Shown: positions 1 through 9,565, numbered from the stretch's first letter. The stretch is 20,000 nt of DNA from an uncultured virus (IMG/VR IMGVR_UViG_3300020036_003824) (IMGVR_UViG_3300020036_003824), one strand, 5' to 3'. Notes: generated from the letters alone by a model not told the origin. A program made the numbers and translations.

Positions 1-34
1 TAAACCCTGTTTTGTTTGTCTTTTGTTTCGCCCC

Positions 35-268
35 TTAGTTTGCCGTCGGTTCCGTTTCCTCTTTTCCTTTACCTGCCGTTTTGCCGGTAGTTACCGGGCG
101 CTCTTTTTCGGTTTTTTGCGTGATGTCATCTTCGTGACGGTCAACAATTAACCAGTTTTGGGAAGTCCGGCGAAGGTCTTCGTACTGCTCAACAGTTACG
201 GCGCGTTCATGCTTCGTGATGTTGTGGCGAATCGTAAAGGATTTGTAAGTTTTAGCCTGTTTAGCCAT
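35..268 (-). CDS. hypothetical protein, 77 aa (head module)
   Basis: ATG-started ORF co-directional with the structural operon; charged low-complexity C-terminus. Confidence 0.7.
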   Translation of the reverse strand: MAKQAKTYKSFTIRHNITKHERAVTVEQYEDLRRTSQNWLIVDRHEDDITQKTEKERPVTTGKTAGKGKEETEPTAN

Positions 269-280
269 GATGGAAAAGTG

Positions 281-499
281 TTAAATGCCTTCGTTAATAA
301 GATCGGCGGTCATTCTGAAAACTTCGCGGTACATCGCCTCGTCGCATTCTATCTCGTCGGGTATGTTGTAGCGCTTTTTAAACTGAATGATCGTTTCCCT
401 CCAGTCTTCGTTCGGATGTTCATCCCGTCTCGATGTTGCGTATCCATGCAGCAGCATGTAAATCGGAGAACGGCGCAAAAACGCCGTAATGCCCAACAT
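281..499 (-). CDS. hypothetical protein (likely ATG start at 499, MLGITAFLRR...)
   Basis: The track start at 544 (TTG) lies inside the promoter motif; an in-frame ATG follows downstream. Confidence 0.6.
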   Translation of the reverse strand: MLGITAFLRRSPIYMLLHGYATSRRDEHPNEDWRETIIQFKKRYNIPDEIECDEAMYREVFRMTADLINEGI

Positions 500-541
500 C
501 TTATCGGGAGCCGCCCGTTGCCTTGTTTTTACTTCCCTTTG

Positions 542-549
542 CAAAGTTA
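542..549 (-). promoter_or_regulatory. Bacteroidota sigma-70 -7 element TAACTTTG
   Basis: Matches TAnnTTTG; intergenic and AT-rich context. Confidence 0.6.
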
Positions 550-580
550 TATACTTTTTCGGTTAAACAAATAAATAGCC

Positions 581-1039
581 TCAAAAAGCATCGAATTCGC
601 CCTCGTATGCAGCGCCCGGCACACGCCACGCCTCCAAAATGGTGATGATGGTCGTACCGTAGTCGGTAGAGTATGCTTCGCAGGGTAGTTTCTTGCCATT
701 CTGGTACAGGCGGAACTTCGTACACATCGAAGCGGGCAGCCTTCCTTCATTGATGTCCGAAAAGTCAAGTTCGGATATGGTATCATCCGTTTCATTCGGG
801 AAATACTTCCTGAATGTCACTTCCAGATTGCCCAGCGGCGGCGCTGATTGCCCTTGCCCATTGTTTCCGGATGCGTAAGGGTATAAAGTCCACCGGCTTT
901 TCGGCCACGCATCGCAGTCACGCGAAATCTCAACCCACCCGTTGCCCGGATCGGATGCCTGCAACAGGTCGAATGTGCCGCACTCCCAATTTCGGAGTAT
1001 GGCAGTCCCGCCGATGATCTTTGATGCGATTACGCCCAT
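581..1039 (-). CDS. hypothetical protein, 152 aa (MGVIASKIIGG...)
   Basis: ATG at 1039 after A-rich leader, just downstream of the upstream stop at 1048; the track's extension to 1234 overlaps the neighbouring gene. Confidence 0.7.
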   Translation of the reverse strand: MGVIASKIIGGTAILRNWECGTFDLLQASDPGNGWVEISRDCDAWPKSRWTLYPYASGNNGQGQSAPPLGNLEVTFRKYFPNETDDTISELDFSDINEGRLPASMCTKFRLYQNGKKLPCEAYSTDYGTTIITILEAWRVPGAAYEGEFDAF

Positions 1040-1047
1040 CTCTTTTT

Positions 1048-1455
1048 TTAGTTGAGGCCCAAAATGCCGCCGCCCATTGGGCGCTCTATCAGTAACATTG
1101 AGGTGCTTGTAATTTTTACGTCGTACCTGACCTTCCCGTCGATGCGCTCCATCTTGCGTGTGGTATTGGTGAATTTCACGCCGGGCATGTGCGGCGGTTC
1201 GTAAGACTGCTGCATAACGCCCGTCTCTACCCATCCGACGCCGAACTGCTGTTCCATATCCTCTACAACGCCTGCCAGGTAGCGCGCAAAATCAGTCATC
1301 ATGTCGATTTTTATCTGCGTACGCTTGGCGCTCTTGCCCTTGACGTAGTACATATCTTCGTTGTACTCTTCGATGGATGCTTCCAGTTTAGAAATCTTCC
1401 TTTCTATTCCTGAAATGATCTTCAGCGCTTTTTCCTGCTCTTGTGTCATGTCCAT
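1048..1455 (-). CDS. hypothetical protein, 135 aa, N-terminal coiled coil
   Basis: Tightly packed ORF downstream of the head morphogenesis gene. Confidence 0.75.
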   Translation of the reverse strand: MDMTQEQEKALKIISGIERKISKLEASIEEYNEDMYYVKGKSAKRTQIKIDMMTDFARYLAGVVEDMEQQFGVGWVETGVMQQSYEPPHMPGVKFTNTTRKMERIDGKVRYDVKITSTSMLLIERPMGGGILGLN

Positions 1456-1464
1456 TGCTTTTGG

Positions 1465-2424
1465 TTATTGATTTGCGTTGATTACTCCATAACTCTGCCG
1501 TATCTGCTCTACCTTTTTCGGGTCTAACTGCATTGCCAGTTCCTCGGTGATGTAGCGTATGCGGTGTCGGCAGTTCCACCTTCCACGGTCTATACGCGGC
1601 GTGTACGGGATACCGGAAGTTTTGCCCGGCAGATCAGGATCGCCCGGCCATTCCGTATCCGCTTCAATTACAGCAAACACCTTGCCCGCTTTTTTGATGC
1701 AGAAAGGCCGGCTGTCGTGAATGATGCCGCCAACGTAGATAAAGTACGGCAGTTCCAAATTCTCCCGGAACTGCTCATTTTTTATTTCTGCTACCTTGTT
1801 GAACAGATCGTACGCATAGCCCGATGCTTTGTTGTTGAAGTTGGCGTTGATCGCTCCGGGCTGTCCTGCATGTCCGCGTATAAAGTCCTTTACCGTCGCG
1901 TTCAACTCCTTCAATGTGCCGCCCGATTGCAGTTCCTGCAAAAATAGCATTTTCGCCTGCTGCCGGACGGATGGTATTTTGGATATGTCGGAAATCATAC
2001 CGCCCTTTATCATGTTGCCTCGCGCATCTATGCCAAGCGCGGCCCGCAGTAGTTCGTTCGACGTGGCGATATCGTTGATGATCTTTTCCGCTGCAAAGTC
2101 TTTGTAGCACATGCCCGTCATGTCGGCAATGGCAAGTAAGTCTTGCACAAAGCCCCGCATAAGCGGATTCATTACCTCCATTTGCCAGGCGTCGAATACC
2201 TCGTCTATCCTGTACAGTAGCAGGTAGTTGGGTATCGAATTGACAAGGGCGCCGTTCGAAAACTCCAAATCGGAAAACACATTGTCTATCAGGCGCAAAA
2301 ACAGGTCGCGTTCCGCTCTGGATACCGATCCCGACAGCGATGACTGCCGACGCTCGATAGCATCTGCAATTTCCTGTGCGTCTTTCGACAGCCTTGCGAG
2401 TAGTTGGGCAGCGGATTCGGCCAT
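1465..2424 (-). CDS. phage head morphogenesis / minor capsid protein (SPP1 gp7/MuF-like)
   Basis: C-terminal DSRPFC...GRWNCRH motif; position just after portal. Confidence 0.8.
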   Translation of the reverse strand: MAESAAQLLARLSKDAQEIADAIERRQSSLSGSVSRAERDLFLRLIDNVFSDLEFSNGALVNSIPNYLLLYRIDEVFDAWQMEVMNPLMRGFVQDLLAIADMTGMCYKDFAAEKIINDIATSNELLRAALGIDARGNMIKGGMISDISKIPSVRQQAKMLFLQELQSGGTLKELNATVKDFIRGHAGQPGAINANFNNKASGYAYDLFNKVAEIKNEQFRENLELPYFIYVGGIIHDSRPFCIKKAGKVFAVIEADTEWPGDPDLPGKTSGIPYTPRIDRGRWNCRHRIRYITEELAMQLDPKKVEQIRQSYGVINANQ

Positions 2425-2579
2425 TATGCCTGTTTTTTCTTCTTTTTACGTTTTTTCTTCGCCTCTTCGGCTGTGCTAAGTGCAATGGCGACGGCCTGCT
2501 TTTGCGGCTTGCCTTTCTTCATTTCGTGCTTTATATTCTCCGAAATGGTTTTCTTTGAAAATCCCTTTTTGAGTGGCAT
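2424..2579 (-). CDS. small basic protein, 51 aa (DUF6496-like), [51 protein letters not shown]
   Basis: Hand translation; TAATG coupling to the next gene; QKQAVAIAL motif; absent from the ORF track. Confidence 0.8.
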   Translation of the reverse strand: MPLKKGFSKKTISENIKHEMKKGKPQKQAVAIALSTAEEAKKKRKKKKKQA

Positions 2580-2590
2580 GGATGGGTGTT

Positions 2591-4426
2591 TTATTGTTGC
2601 TGATTCTGGTTGAGCGCGGGTGCATTTCCTGCGAGTTGCTGTTTTATCAGCAGTACCTGCGCGTCGATCAGTTTCTTTTGGTCTATACGCGGCATGTCGT
2701 AGAAGTTGGGGTTCTCCGAAAGTATCACCTCCATGATGTCGGACTTATTCAGGAAAAACAACTTCTTATCTTCCGGCACAAGCGCATTGTTCAGGGCGAC
2801 AATGATCTGCGCTTCCGTCATGCCCCGGAACGGATTGTGCTGATCGTCGATTTGCGCGCGTCTGAGCGCTTCGGGATCATCTTGCAGCATGACTTCCATG
2901 ATTCGCAGTTGCAGGATCGCACAGGCGTCCGTGCTTGCCCCTGCCGTTCGTGCGGCGGTCAGTTCGTCGAACAGGTCGTATACCGTCTCAAAACGCAGAT
3001 TGGATGGAATGATCGGCTTTGCCATGCCGCCGGCTACTTTGACAGCGGAAGCGATTGCGCGTGACAGTTCAGAGCATACGGAAGAAATGTGATTGGAATA
3101 GGGCCAAAGCGCATCATTCACGCCCTGTTCCGCCCGGCTGTGAAAACGCGCCGTCTGCGCCACTTCGCTTTTCGTGGTCAGTTCCGAATTGTAAACTGCC
3201 AGGTTGGCTTTTTCTATCCACTTATCCCAAAGAGTGATGAGCAGCGCGGCGGCTTCCGGCGGGAAGTGTATGTATGCCAGCATTCCCGACAGTTCAACTA
3301 TCAGTTCTTCCTTCGAATCCGGCATATCCACCGTAATTTCTTCCTGCACCGACGTAGGCCGGTTTTTCCTGCCCGTACCGCCGCATACCTTGCAGGCTGT
3401 GCCGTCGGATCGTTCCCCTCCGATACAGTCTTTTGCCCCGCATTTATCCGCAAACCGGATCGGGATAGGACTTGCAACGAGCGCAGCCGTCAGATCGACC
3501 TCACTGTTTGTTTTCAGCAGTTTCTTTGCGAAGGGAAGGGCAGCATGAAAGATGGAAAGTTTTGTCGCCCCGTCGTCGATCGGATTGTCGATGTACCCCG
3601 TACGCACGGCAGGTGTTTTGGCGTACCCGTGCGGGATTGGGATGACAGCCTCGTAAATCCGGTTGTCGATCTGTACCAGGTACCCGTTTTGGATAGTAAC
3701 ATTCAGCGGGAACATCTCGTTTTTGCCGGGCGCGTTCCGCATGGAGATGTACGTCTGTGCCAGCCGTGGCGGCAACTCTTGCAGCACAACCGTTTGCAGC
3801 GGGCGGTACATGGTCAGGCGCTCCAGTTTGTAGCGTGTCCCGTCTTCATCCTGCTCAACGATTTGACGGCAACACAGGTACAGCAGTTCGGATTGTTTGT
3901 ACTGGAAATCGACTGCCATTTCTGCCGTCACCTCGAAAGGGTAAGGCTTCGCGTTGTTTTTATTGTTGTCGAAGTCTTTCCACTCCACGACTGAAAAGCA
4001 GTTCGGGTCGTAGATATTCCAGTAGCGCACCCGCTCAAAGCAGTACGGGAAAAGCCCCTTCGTGCCGAATGCGGAAAGAACGTTGCGGTTAAATTCGTTT
4101 GCCCGCTTTCCATCTTCGTCACCATCGACGACGACATACTGCTTCCAGTTGGAGCGCTCGATCTTTGCGACCGGCTTTTCCAGCATCATGCCAAGCGCAC
4201 TTTGCACTTCCGCCGTTATTTCTTTGCGCTGTAAAAAGAGTTCGTCGGATTCGCGGCGGGTAAATATGCGCATGTACTTGTCCAGGTTCACCCCGCCAAA
4301 GTATGCTTTCAGTTCGGCCCCGTACTCAACCGTCCATGCGTATCCGGGATGGTAGGACGTGGCGCCGTACCTGGCGATGTTGAAAAGGTGGTTGAGCGCT
4401 TCGTTATTCGTCATTATGGCTGCCAT
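2591..4426 (-). CDS. portal protein (start may be 4414)
   Basis: About 610 aa between TerL and the gp7-like gene; internal CxxxxC...CxxCGGTG insert. Confidence 0.8.
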   Translation of the reverse strand: MAAIMTNNEALNHLFNIARYGATSYHPGYAWTVEYGAELKAYFGGVNLDKYMRIFTRRESDELFLQRKEITAEVQSALGMMLEKPVAKIERSNWKQYVVVDGDEDGKRANEFNRNVLSAFGTKGLFPYCFERVRYWNIYDPNCFSVVEWKDFDNNKNNAKPYPFEVTAEMAVDFQYKQSELLYLCCRQIVEQDEDGTRYKLERLTMYRPLQTVVLQELPPRLAQTYISMRNAPGKNEMFPLNVTIQNGYLVQIDNRIYEAVIPIPHGYAKTPAVRTGYIDNPIDDGATKLSIFHAALPFAKKLLKTNSEVDLTAALVASPIPIRFADKCGAKDCIGGERSDGTACKVCGGTGRKNRPTSVQEEITVDMPDSKEELIVELSGMLAYIHFPPEAAALLITLWDKWIEKANLAVYNSELTTKSEVAQTARFHSRAEQGVNDALWPYSNHISSVCSELSRAIASAVKVAGGMAKPIIPSNLRFETVYDLFDELTAARTAGASTDACAILQLRIMEVMLQDDPEALRRAQIDDQHNPFRGMTEAQIIVALNNALVPEDKKLFFLNKSDIMEVILSENPNFYDMPRIDQKKLIDAQVLLIKQQLAGNAPALNQNQQQ

Positions 4427-5822
4427 TGCTGCTTAATAGTTTCTCAAACCGTTTGTATTGCGATTTGAGTATGTAGGTTACCAAATACCGCAGAGCGTCC
4501 GACGTATGGCCGTAACGCTCGAATGATACCCCGCCTTCCGTTACCCTTTGTTTCAGCACCCCGCCATTTGCGTCCTGTTTGATGTAAAGCAAATCCTGTA
4601 TGAGATGATAGCAGTCCCGGTCGATAATCAGTTCAACGCCCGGCACACGCCCTTCGAAGATTGCGCACAAAAATAACACACTTTTACGGACTTCCGGGTT
4701 TTGCGCCTGAATCCGTAAAGAATTGCTATCCGCTTTTGTCCATAATGCCGCTTTTGCGATCTGGTAATCCGATCTTGCCGCCCTCGTATCGCGTTTATTG
4801 CCCGAAGCATCGCCGTAAATGTACACTTTGTCGATCTTATCTGCCCAATCGATCAGGAAGTCTTCACAAAGCGCCTGTGTTGTAGAGCGCGGGTTTTTCA
4901 GGCAGTATTCCTTCAGTATGCGTATTTGCAGCGTTCCGTCTTCCTTATACCTGCACTGGCAAACAAGCAGTGTGATGTATGGAACTACGTTTTGGTCAAA
5001 AGACAGGTGCAGCACAGGTACCGATGGATCGAAGAGCAGTGAGGCCGTATGTTTACCCTGGTCGAACGAATAGAACGCTTCGTTACCCGTACGCGCTACC
5101 GCATCATAATCGCCGTCAAGCAGGCGCTGACGTTCAAGCAGTGGCAACTTTTCCAGTTGCTTGCGGTATGCCTTTCTAAATTCAGGATCCGGATTGTCTG
5201 AAAGCAGCGATCGGATAACCATTTGGTAATCCTTCAGAGAAACGATGTTGCCTTTTTCGTCTTTGATGTATCGCTTTCGTGTCCATCCGGGGTCAGGGTT
5301 TCCGGTAAGCAGCAGTTTTGGCGCATTGAAAGGTACCTGCCCCAGTTTGTAGCGGATACGGCTTGAAATGATGTCAATGATATGCTCTTCCACTTCCGGC
5401 GATTCATCCACCGCCGCGTCGGTCAATTCCAGCGAGCCGAAGTTATGCGAATTGGGATTCGATGGTTGATAGGAAAGGGCTTTTAGCAGCGTCTCGCTGC
5501 CGTTGCTCCAAAATATCTCATTCTCACCTCCCTTCCTCCATGTAACGCCCATTTGGTTGTATTTCCATACCGCTTCCCATCTTTCCTGAAAGGTCTTCCA
5601 CGTGGTCGTCATCAGGTCGGTGAACTGCTTACGCCCGATCAGGCCGCGTGTGCCGGGATACATCAAACGTCGGTAGATATGCCAGTCGCAGAGAAGGCGG
5701 GATTTGCCACCTCCAGCCGCACCGCCGTAGAACAACTCTTCTATCGACGGGTCGTTTTCCAGATATTCCCATGCCAGACTTTGCTTATAGGAAAGGTCTA
5801 CGTTCAGTATGTTAGCGCCCAT
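4404..5822 (-). CDS. terL: terminase large subunit
   Basis: Walker A YGGAAGGGKS, Walker B AAVDE, coupling motif TGNP, nuclease motifs SFD, GDASG and HTSDALRY. Confidence 0.93.
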   Translation of the reverse strand: MGANILNVDLSYKQSLAWEYLENDPSIEELFYGGAAGGGKSRLLCDWHIYRRLMYPGTRGLIGRKQFTDLMTTTWKTFQERWEAVWKYNQMGVTWRKGGENEIFWSNGSETLLKALSYQPSNPNSHNFGSLELTDAAVDESPEVEEHIIDIISSRIRYKLGQVPFNAPKLLLTGNPDPGWTRKRYIKDEKGNIVSLKDYQMVIRSLLSDNPDPEFRKAYRKQLEKLPLLERQRLLDGDYDAVARTGNEAFYSFDQGKHTASLLFDPSVPVLHLSFDQNVVPYITLLVCQCRYKEDGTLQIRILKEYCLKNPRSTTQALCEDFLIDWADKIDKVYIYGDASGNKRDTRAARSDYQIAKAALWTKADSNSLRIQAQNPEVRKSVLFLCAIFEGRVPGVELIIDRDCYHLIQDLLYIKQDANGGVLKQRVTEGGVSFERYGHTSDALRYLVTYILKSQYKRFEKLLSSNGSHNDE

Positions 5823-6242
5823 TTATTCCTCTTGTGGGGGCTGTGACTGCAAACGAACGGTTATAATGGTAGGGATTAAGGCTTCGCCGTCTTTGCCCGT
5901 ATGCTCGTTAACCTGTTTTGGTTTTCCGTGCGCCCTGTTCAACTGCTTGTCGATGAAGTCGCCTATCTCTTTGTCTGTGGCAGTTACTAACCTTCGGGAT
6001 ATTCTTTGCACATAGATAGGCTGCTTTGCGTCCTCTGCCAATTGCTTTACCCGGTCTTTATTAAGGTTCAAAAGAAGGGAGATAACGTCCGATATTTGGC
6101 CGTTTGTCACACCCTCGTAACCTTCCTCTTTTAGTTGGGCGATAAGTGAGGACACGAGTTTTTTAGGGCGGCCAGGGCTTAATTGGTCGCCTTTTTCAAA
6201 CCTGTTTAGTTTCCCGCCGTGAGGCTGCTCTACCTTTTCCAC
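5823..6242 (-). CDS. putative terminase small subunit
   Basis: Immediately upstream of TerL; FEKG..PGRPKK N-terminus and HGKPKQ..EHTGKDG C-terminus typical of TerS-like proteins. Confidence 0.7.
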   Translation of the reverse strand: MEKVEQPHGGKLNRFEKGDQLSPGRPKKLVSSLIAQLKEEGYEGVTNGQISDVISLLLNLNKDRVKQLAEDAKQPIYVQRISRRLVTATDKEIGDFIDKQLNRAHGKPKQVNEHTGKDGEALIPTIITVRLQSQPPQEE

Positions 6243-6247
6243 CTTAT

Positions 6248-7303
6248 TTATGCCTTATTTATTTTGATTAACCATTGAATCCAAATTTGATGCGCTATTT
6301 GCGCAGTCATTACTGGGGGAACGGACATGCCGATTAAGTAACGAGCATGTAACCCTTTAAAATTATAATCTATTGGATAGCTACCACACAAACAACATTC
6401 TTTATCATTTATTTGACGTGGCAATTCATACAGCATAAAACTACCACCTTGACTATTGATTGTAGGGCAAACTTCATCAGAATGTAAAATTGGATTAGTA
6501 AAGCCAGATAATCGGCTTTCTAATCTCATAACAGTATCTCCGTTTGATTTGTCTGATTTTATTCTATTTTTCCATAAATACAATTGCCTTTCCGTTAAAT
6601 CTGAAACGTTGTTTTTTTCAATTATTTCAGAAAACAAAATCGCTTCTTCGTTAAACGCCAATTCCAACTTCGGCAACAAAAACTCCTTTTTATGCCCAAT
6701 AAAAAACACTCTTTCTCTTTTTTGCGGCACGCCCATTGATGCAGCATTAAGACAAAACACCTGCACCCTATATCCCGCCTCGGTCATCCGTGCTACAATC
6801 TGCTTTGAATAGTATTTTGCGTTGCCTTGTATTATTCCCTTCACATTTTCCAGCAAACAAACTTTAGGCCGTAGTTTTTTAATAGTTTCAATGTAGACAA
6901 AAACCAGGTCATCCAAAGTTTGTTTTGCCTGACCTTCACGGAAAACCTTTTCTTTGCCCCATGCGCTTTCCCGGCTTCCTGCCATTGAGAACGTAGAACA
7001 CGGCGGCGAACCGTCTAAAATGTCAAGATTGTAAAGTTCCTCGGGTAAATTTTCGCGCTCGTTAAATTTCCGTATATCTTCAACAAACAAGTGTTTAGGC
7101 TTATGGTTGCCCTGATATACATCCGCCACCTTTGGGTCAATTTCAACACCCCCAAAATGCGTAAACCCGGCCAATTTGTAGCCCATTGTAGAACCGCCCC
7201 CACAAATAAAAGTACCAAACACTTTGCAGCCGTTTGGTTCAATTCCTTTTGCCGGATAACCGTCCGACAAGTTCCATTTATACGGAAATTTGTGTTCCTG
7301 CAT
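6248..7303 (-). CDS. DNA (cytosine-5)-methyltransferase
   Basis: Motif I FICGGG, catalytic GSPPC, ENV, QKRERVF, motif X GMSVPP. Confidence 0.93.
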   Translation of the reverse strand: MQEHKFPYKWNLSDGYPAKGIEPNGCKVFGTFICGGGSTMGYKLAGFTHFGGVEIDPKVADVYQGNHKPKHLFVEDIRKFNERENLPEELYNLDILDGSPPCSTFSMAGSRESAWGKEKVFREGQAKQTLDDLVFVYIETIKKLRPKVCLLENVKGIIQGNAKYYSKQIVARMTEAGYRVQVFCLNAASMGVPQKRERVFFIGHKKEFLLPKLELAFNEEAILFSEIIEKNNVSDLTERQLYLWKNRIKSDKSNGDTVMRLESRLSGFTNPILHSDEVCPTINSQGGSFMLYELPRQINDKECCLCGSYPIDYNFKGLHARYLIGMSVPPVMTAQIAHQIWIQWLIKINKA

Positions 7304-7835
7304 TTTCCAGTAGTTTTAACAGGGCATCTTCCGGCGTATCTGCAATTTCAGATAATGCGGCTTTTATTTCAAAAAACTGTGAAGGTTGAAATTTAAAAGT
7401 AAGTGTCATTTCATCCTCCATTTCATCGGTATCAATCTCTTTGTTTTTGTCTGAAAAATCCTGATCTCCAAATACCGGCAAATCCACGCCCCATTCCTGC
7501 AACTCTTCCGCGTCCCATTCATTCGCCAGCGCGTCCATATCAAAATCTCCAAAACCAACATTATCAACGACGATAAACCGGCGTTGCTGATCTTCCGTTA
7601 ACTCACTTGCTCGAATGATCGTTACCTCTTTCATCCCGGCTTCTATGCAAGCCCTTAAACGCATATTGCCGCCAAGAACCTCTAACTGGTCATTGACGAC
7701 AATAGGCCGTATTTCGAGCATTTGCGGAAAGTCCTTTACTGACTGCACAAGTTTATGAAACTTATCATCCCGGATCGTTCGCGGGTTTGCCGGATTTGGC
7801 TTTAGTTTCTTTATGTTTATCGTTTCCGTGTTCAT
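7278..7835 (-). CDS. ParB/Srx N-terminal domain protein
   Basis: LKPNPANPR, RPIVV, VLGGNMRLRA and DN motifs. Confidence 0.88.
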   Translation of the reverse strand: MNTETINIKKLKPNPANPRTIRDDKFHKLVQSVKDFPQMLEIRPIVVNDQLEVLGGNMRLRACIEAGMKEVTIIRASELTEDQQRRFIVVDNVGFGDFDMDALANEWDAEELQEWGVDLPVFGDQDFSDKNKEIDTDEMEDEMTLTFKFQPSQFFEIKAALSEIADTPEDALLKLLENAGTQISV

Positions 7836-8086
7836 TTGTTTGGGTATTTAGGCATATAGGCCCAAAATTCAATATCTTGTGTGTCTATCGGTAAAGCGTC
7901 ATCAGAATAAAAGCGCTTTGCGTGTGTTTCAAATTTGGCAGATACAACTATTCCCCGGAATCCAATAAGAACATCAACTAAGTCCAGTGCTGCATCCAAT
8001 GTGCTTTGCGCTTCCGGCAACATCCATTCCGGTTTGTTCCATGTGAGCGGAACCGTTCTTTGCATTAATTCGGCTGTGTCGTTCAT
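7832..8086 (-). CDS. hypothetical protein, 84 aa
   Basis: Overlaps with both neighbours; C-terminal WAYMP resembles DUF551-like phage proteins. Confidence 0.7.
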   Translation of the reverse strand: MNDTAELMQRTVPLTWNKPEWMLPEAQSTLDAALDLVDVLIGFRGIVVSAKFETHAKRFYSDDALPIDTQDIEFWAYMPKYPNK

Positions 8087-8385
8087 AATTTTACCGGGTT
8101 ACCCAAAAGTGATTTTTTGACATTTTTCAAAGTTCTTATCATCACGTCAACGGATTCGACTTTATCGAATTTGAGGCAAACTTTTATGCCTTCGATGTCG
8201 TCTGTGGTTTCTCCGGGGCCTATAGGCTTCTTTGTCCCTATCGGGGTTTGTGTTTGTTGCCCCAAATAGATAAGATTGTACGTTTCCTCATCTGGCATTT
8301 TTGACAACGTTATACCGATGTCTCCATAGCCAAACTCAACTACCTCGACTTGGTGGATTCCGATTTGTATTCTTTCTATTGGCAT
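8083..8385 (-). CDS. hypothetical protein, 100 aa (MPIERIQIG...)
   Basis: ATG 20 nt downstream of the promoter motif at 8405-8412; the track start at 8454 lies upstream of the promoter. Confidence 0.7.
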   Translation of the reverse strand: MPIERIQIGIHQVEVVEFGYGDIGITLSKMPDEETYNLIYLGQQTQTPIGTKKPIGPGETTDDIEGIKVCLKFDKVESVDVMIRTLKNVKKSLLGNPVKL

Positions 8386-8404
8386 AATTTCCGTTTTTAC
8401 TTCA

Positions 8405-8412
8405 CAAAGATA
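8405..8412 (-). promoter_or_regulatory. Bacteroidota -7 element TATCTTTG
   Basis: Matches TAnnTTTG upstream of ATG 8385. Confidence 0.6.
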
Positions 8413-8487
8413 CACTATTTCAGTCTTTTGATAGGGTTTTGATATTGAACGCAAATAACGCGCCGAAAAAGAGGATGAGTTAGAGGG

Positions 8488-8664
8488 TCATACATGAATA
8501 AGATCAAGTAGTCCAACGCCTTTCCGCGACCTTAATCTTTCCTCTGAATCGTAATACCATATTTCAGAAACGCCCATATTGTAAGATAGCCCCTGAAAGG
8601 TATAAACTTCCTGACTATCAAAAAACCTAAACCTTTGACCTGTACTAAATGCTTGTGCTGACAT
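8488..8664 (-). CDS. hypothetical protein, 58 aa (MSAQAFSTGQRFRFFDSQEVYTF...)
   Basis: Hand translation; fills the gap just after the upstream stop; below the track cutoff. Confidence 0.65.
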   Translation of the reverse strand: MSAQAFSTGQRFRFFDSQEVYTFQGLSYNMGVSEIWYYDSEERLRSRKGVGLLDLIHV

Positions 8665-8670
8665 ATTCGT

Positions 8671-8940
8671 TTATTTTATTGGCTCAACCGTTGGCCCTTC
8701 ATTTTCGGGATGCGACCATTCGAAATTCCCGGCTCTGACTTTCTGCGAGGTTAGCGCGTTCCACGCTTCGGAAGCGTCGCACCATTCGGTAACAGATTCT
8801 TTTTGGATGTTAAGAATTTCTGGCCTGCCTAAATCGGTGTAAAGGAACACTACTAAATGCTTTTTTACTACGCCTTGCCTTAGCGCGCCGGTTCCCGGGT
8901 GCTTAAAAATGATCTGTTGCCCTTCCCTTAATTTTGCCAT
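8671..8940 (-). CDS. hypothetical protein, 89 aa
   Basis: ATG-started ORF in the co-directional gene run. Confidence 0.7.
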   Translation of the reverse strand: MAKLREGQQIIFKHPGTGALRQGVVKKHLVVFLYTDLGRPEILNIQKESVTEWCDASEAWNALTSQKVRAGNFEWSHPENEGPTVEPIK

Positions 8941-8988
8941 AGTTGTAAGGTTTGTTCGATTTGATAAATTGTGAGATTCGCCCGGTTT

Positions 8989-9249
8989 TTAGGCCGTTTC
9001 GTTGGTCTTATGATGGGAAATGATATTTTCACTGTCGTTCCTTTCTTCGATGGTGCCATAGTATCTTATGTTTGTTTCGGCCTCTATGCTGGCAAGTGAT
9101 GAGGCGTGTAATTCATCCGCAACTATCAGGCCGTTTTGATAATTATGCTCACAAATAGAACACGGTTTACCCTTATTGCCTTTGCAGCCGTTTCGCTGCC
9201 TGAATACCGGCTTTCCGATATGGTCGATGAAAAATTGTAGGCGGGTCAT
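8989..9249 (-). CDS. hypothetical protein, 86 aa, Cys/His-rich
   Basis: C...CSIC motif; preceded by a promoter motif. Confidence 0.7.
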   Translation of the reverse strand: MTRLQFFIDHIGKPVFRQRNGCKGNKGKPCSICEHNYQNGLIVADELHASSLASIEAETNIRYYGTIEERNDSENIISHHKTNETA

Positions 9250-9280
9250 TTGCGGTGTGAAATTATTGCGCCGACCAATC

Positions 9281-9288
9281 CAAATGTA
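9281..9288 (-). promoter_or_regulatory. Bacteroidota -7 element TACATTTG
   Basis: Matches TAnnTTTG, TTG about 19 nt upstream, intergenic. Confidence 0.6.
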
Positions 9289-9322
9289 TACACAAAGACA
9301 AGTATCACAATTAGTATTTTTA

Positions 9323-9565
9323 TCATCCTGCTTTTATTTTATCCCTCAATACCGCCGCCCGTTCGTAATCTTCCGATTCGATTGCCCGGCGTAGTTGAGA
9401 CTGTAAAGAATTGTCAGGCTTTTCAAAAGCGCAGCCGATGGTGAATGATATTGCGCCCATTATTTGCAGCCACATTGCCAGGCGTTCCATTTCCTCCCTT
9501 TCTTTTTGTAGCCGCTTTCTTTTGTGGCGAAGGAAAAAGAGTTTGATTTTTCGGTATAGGTTCAT
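9323..9565 (-). CDS. small protein with C-terminal UVR (UvrB/UvrC) coiled-coil motif
   Basis: LQSQLRRAIESEDYERAAVLRDKI matches the UVR motif; ATGA overlap at 9562-9565. Confidence 0.75.
   Translation of the reverse strand: MNLYRKIKLFFLRHKRKRLQKEREEMERLAMWLQIMGAISFTIGCAFEKPDNSLQSQLRRAIESEDYERAAVLRDKIKAG

Noticed and set aside
1775..2485. 236-aa minus-strand ORF
   Set aside because: Alternative frame overlapping the head morphogenesis gene and the 51-aa basic gene; Arg-rich non-protein-like composition
3089..3994. 301-aa plus-strand ORF and the other plus-strand ORFs in the track
   Set aside because: Antisense shadows of well-supported minus-strand genes with no recognisable motifs
4871..4880. 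10-nt match (GCGCCTGTGT) to the loop of hairpin copy 1 within terL
   Set aside because: Too short; expected by chance in 20 kb
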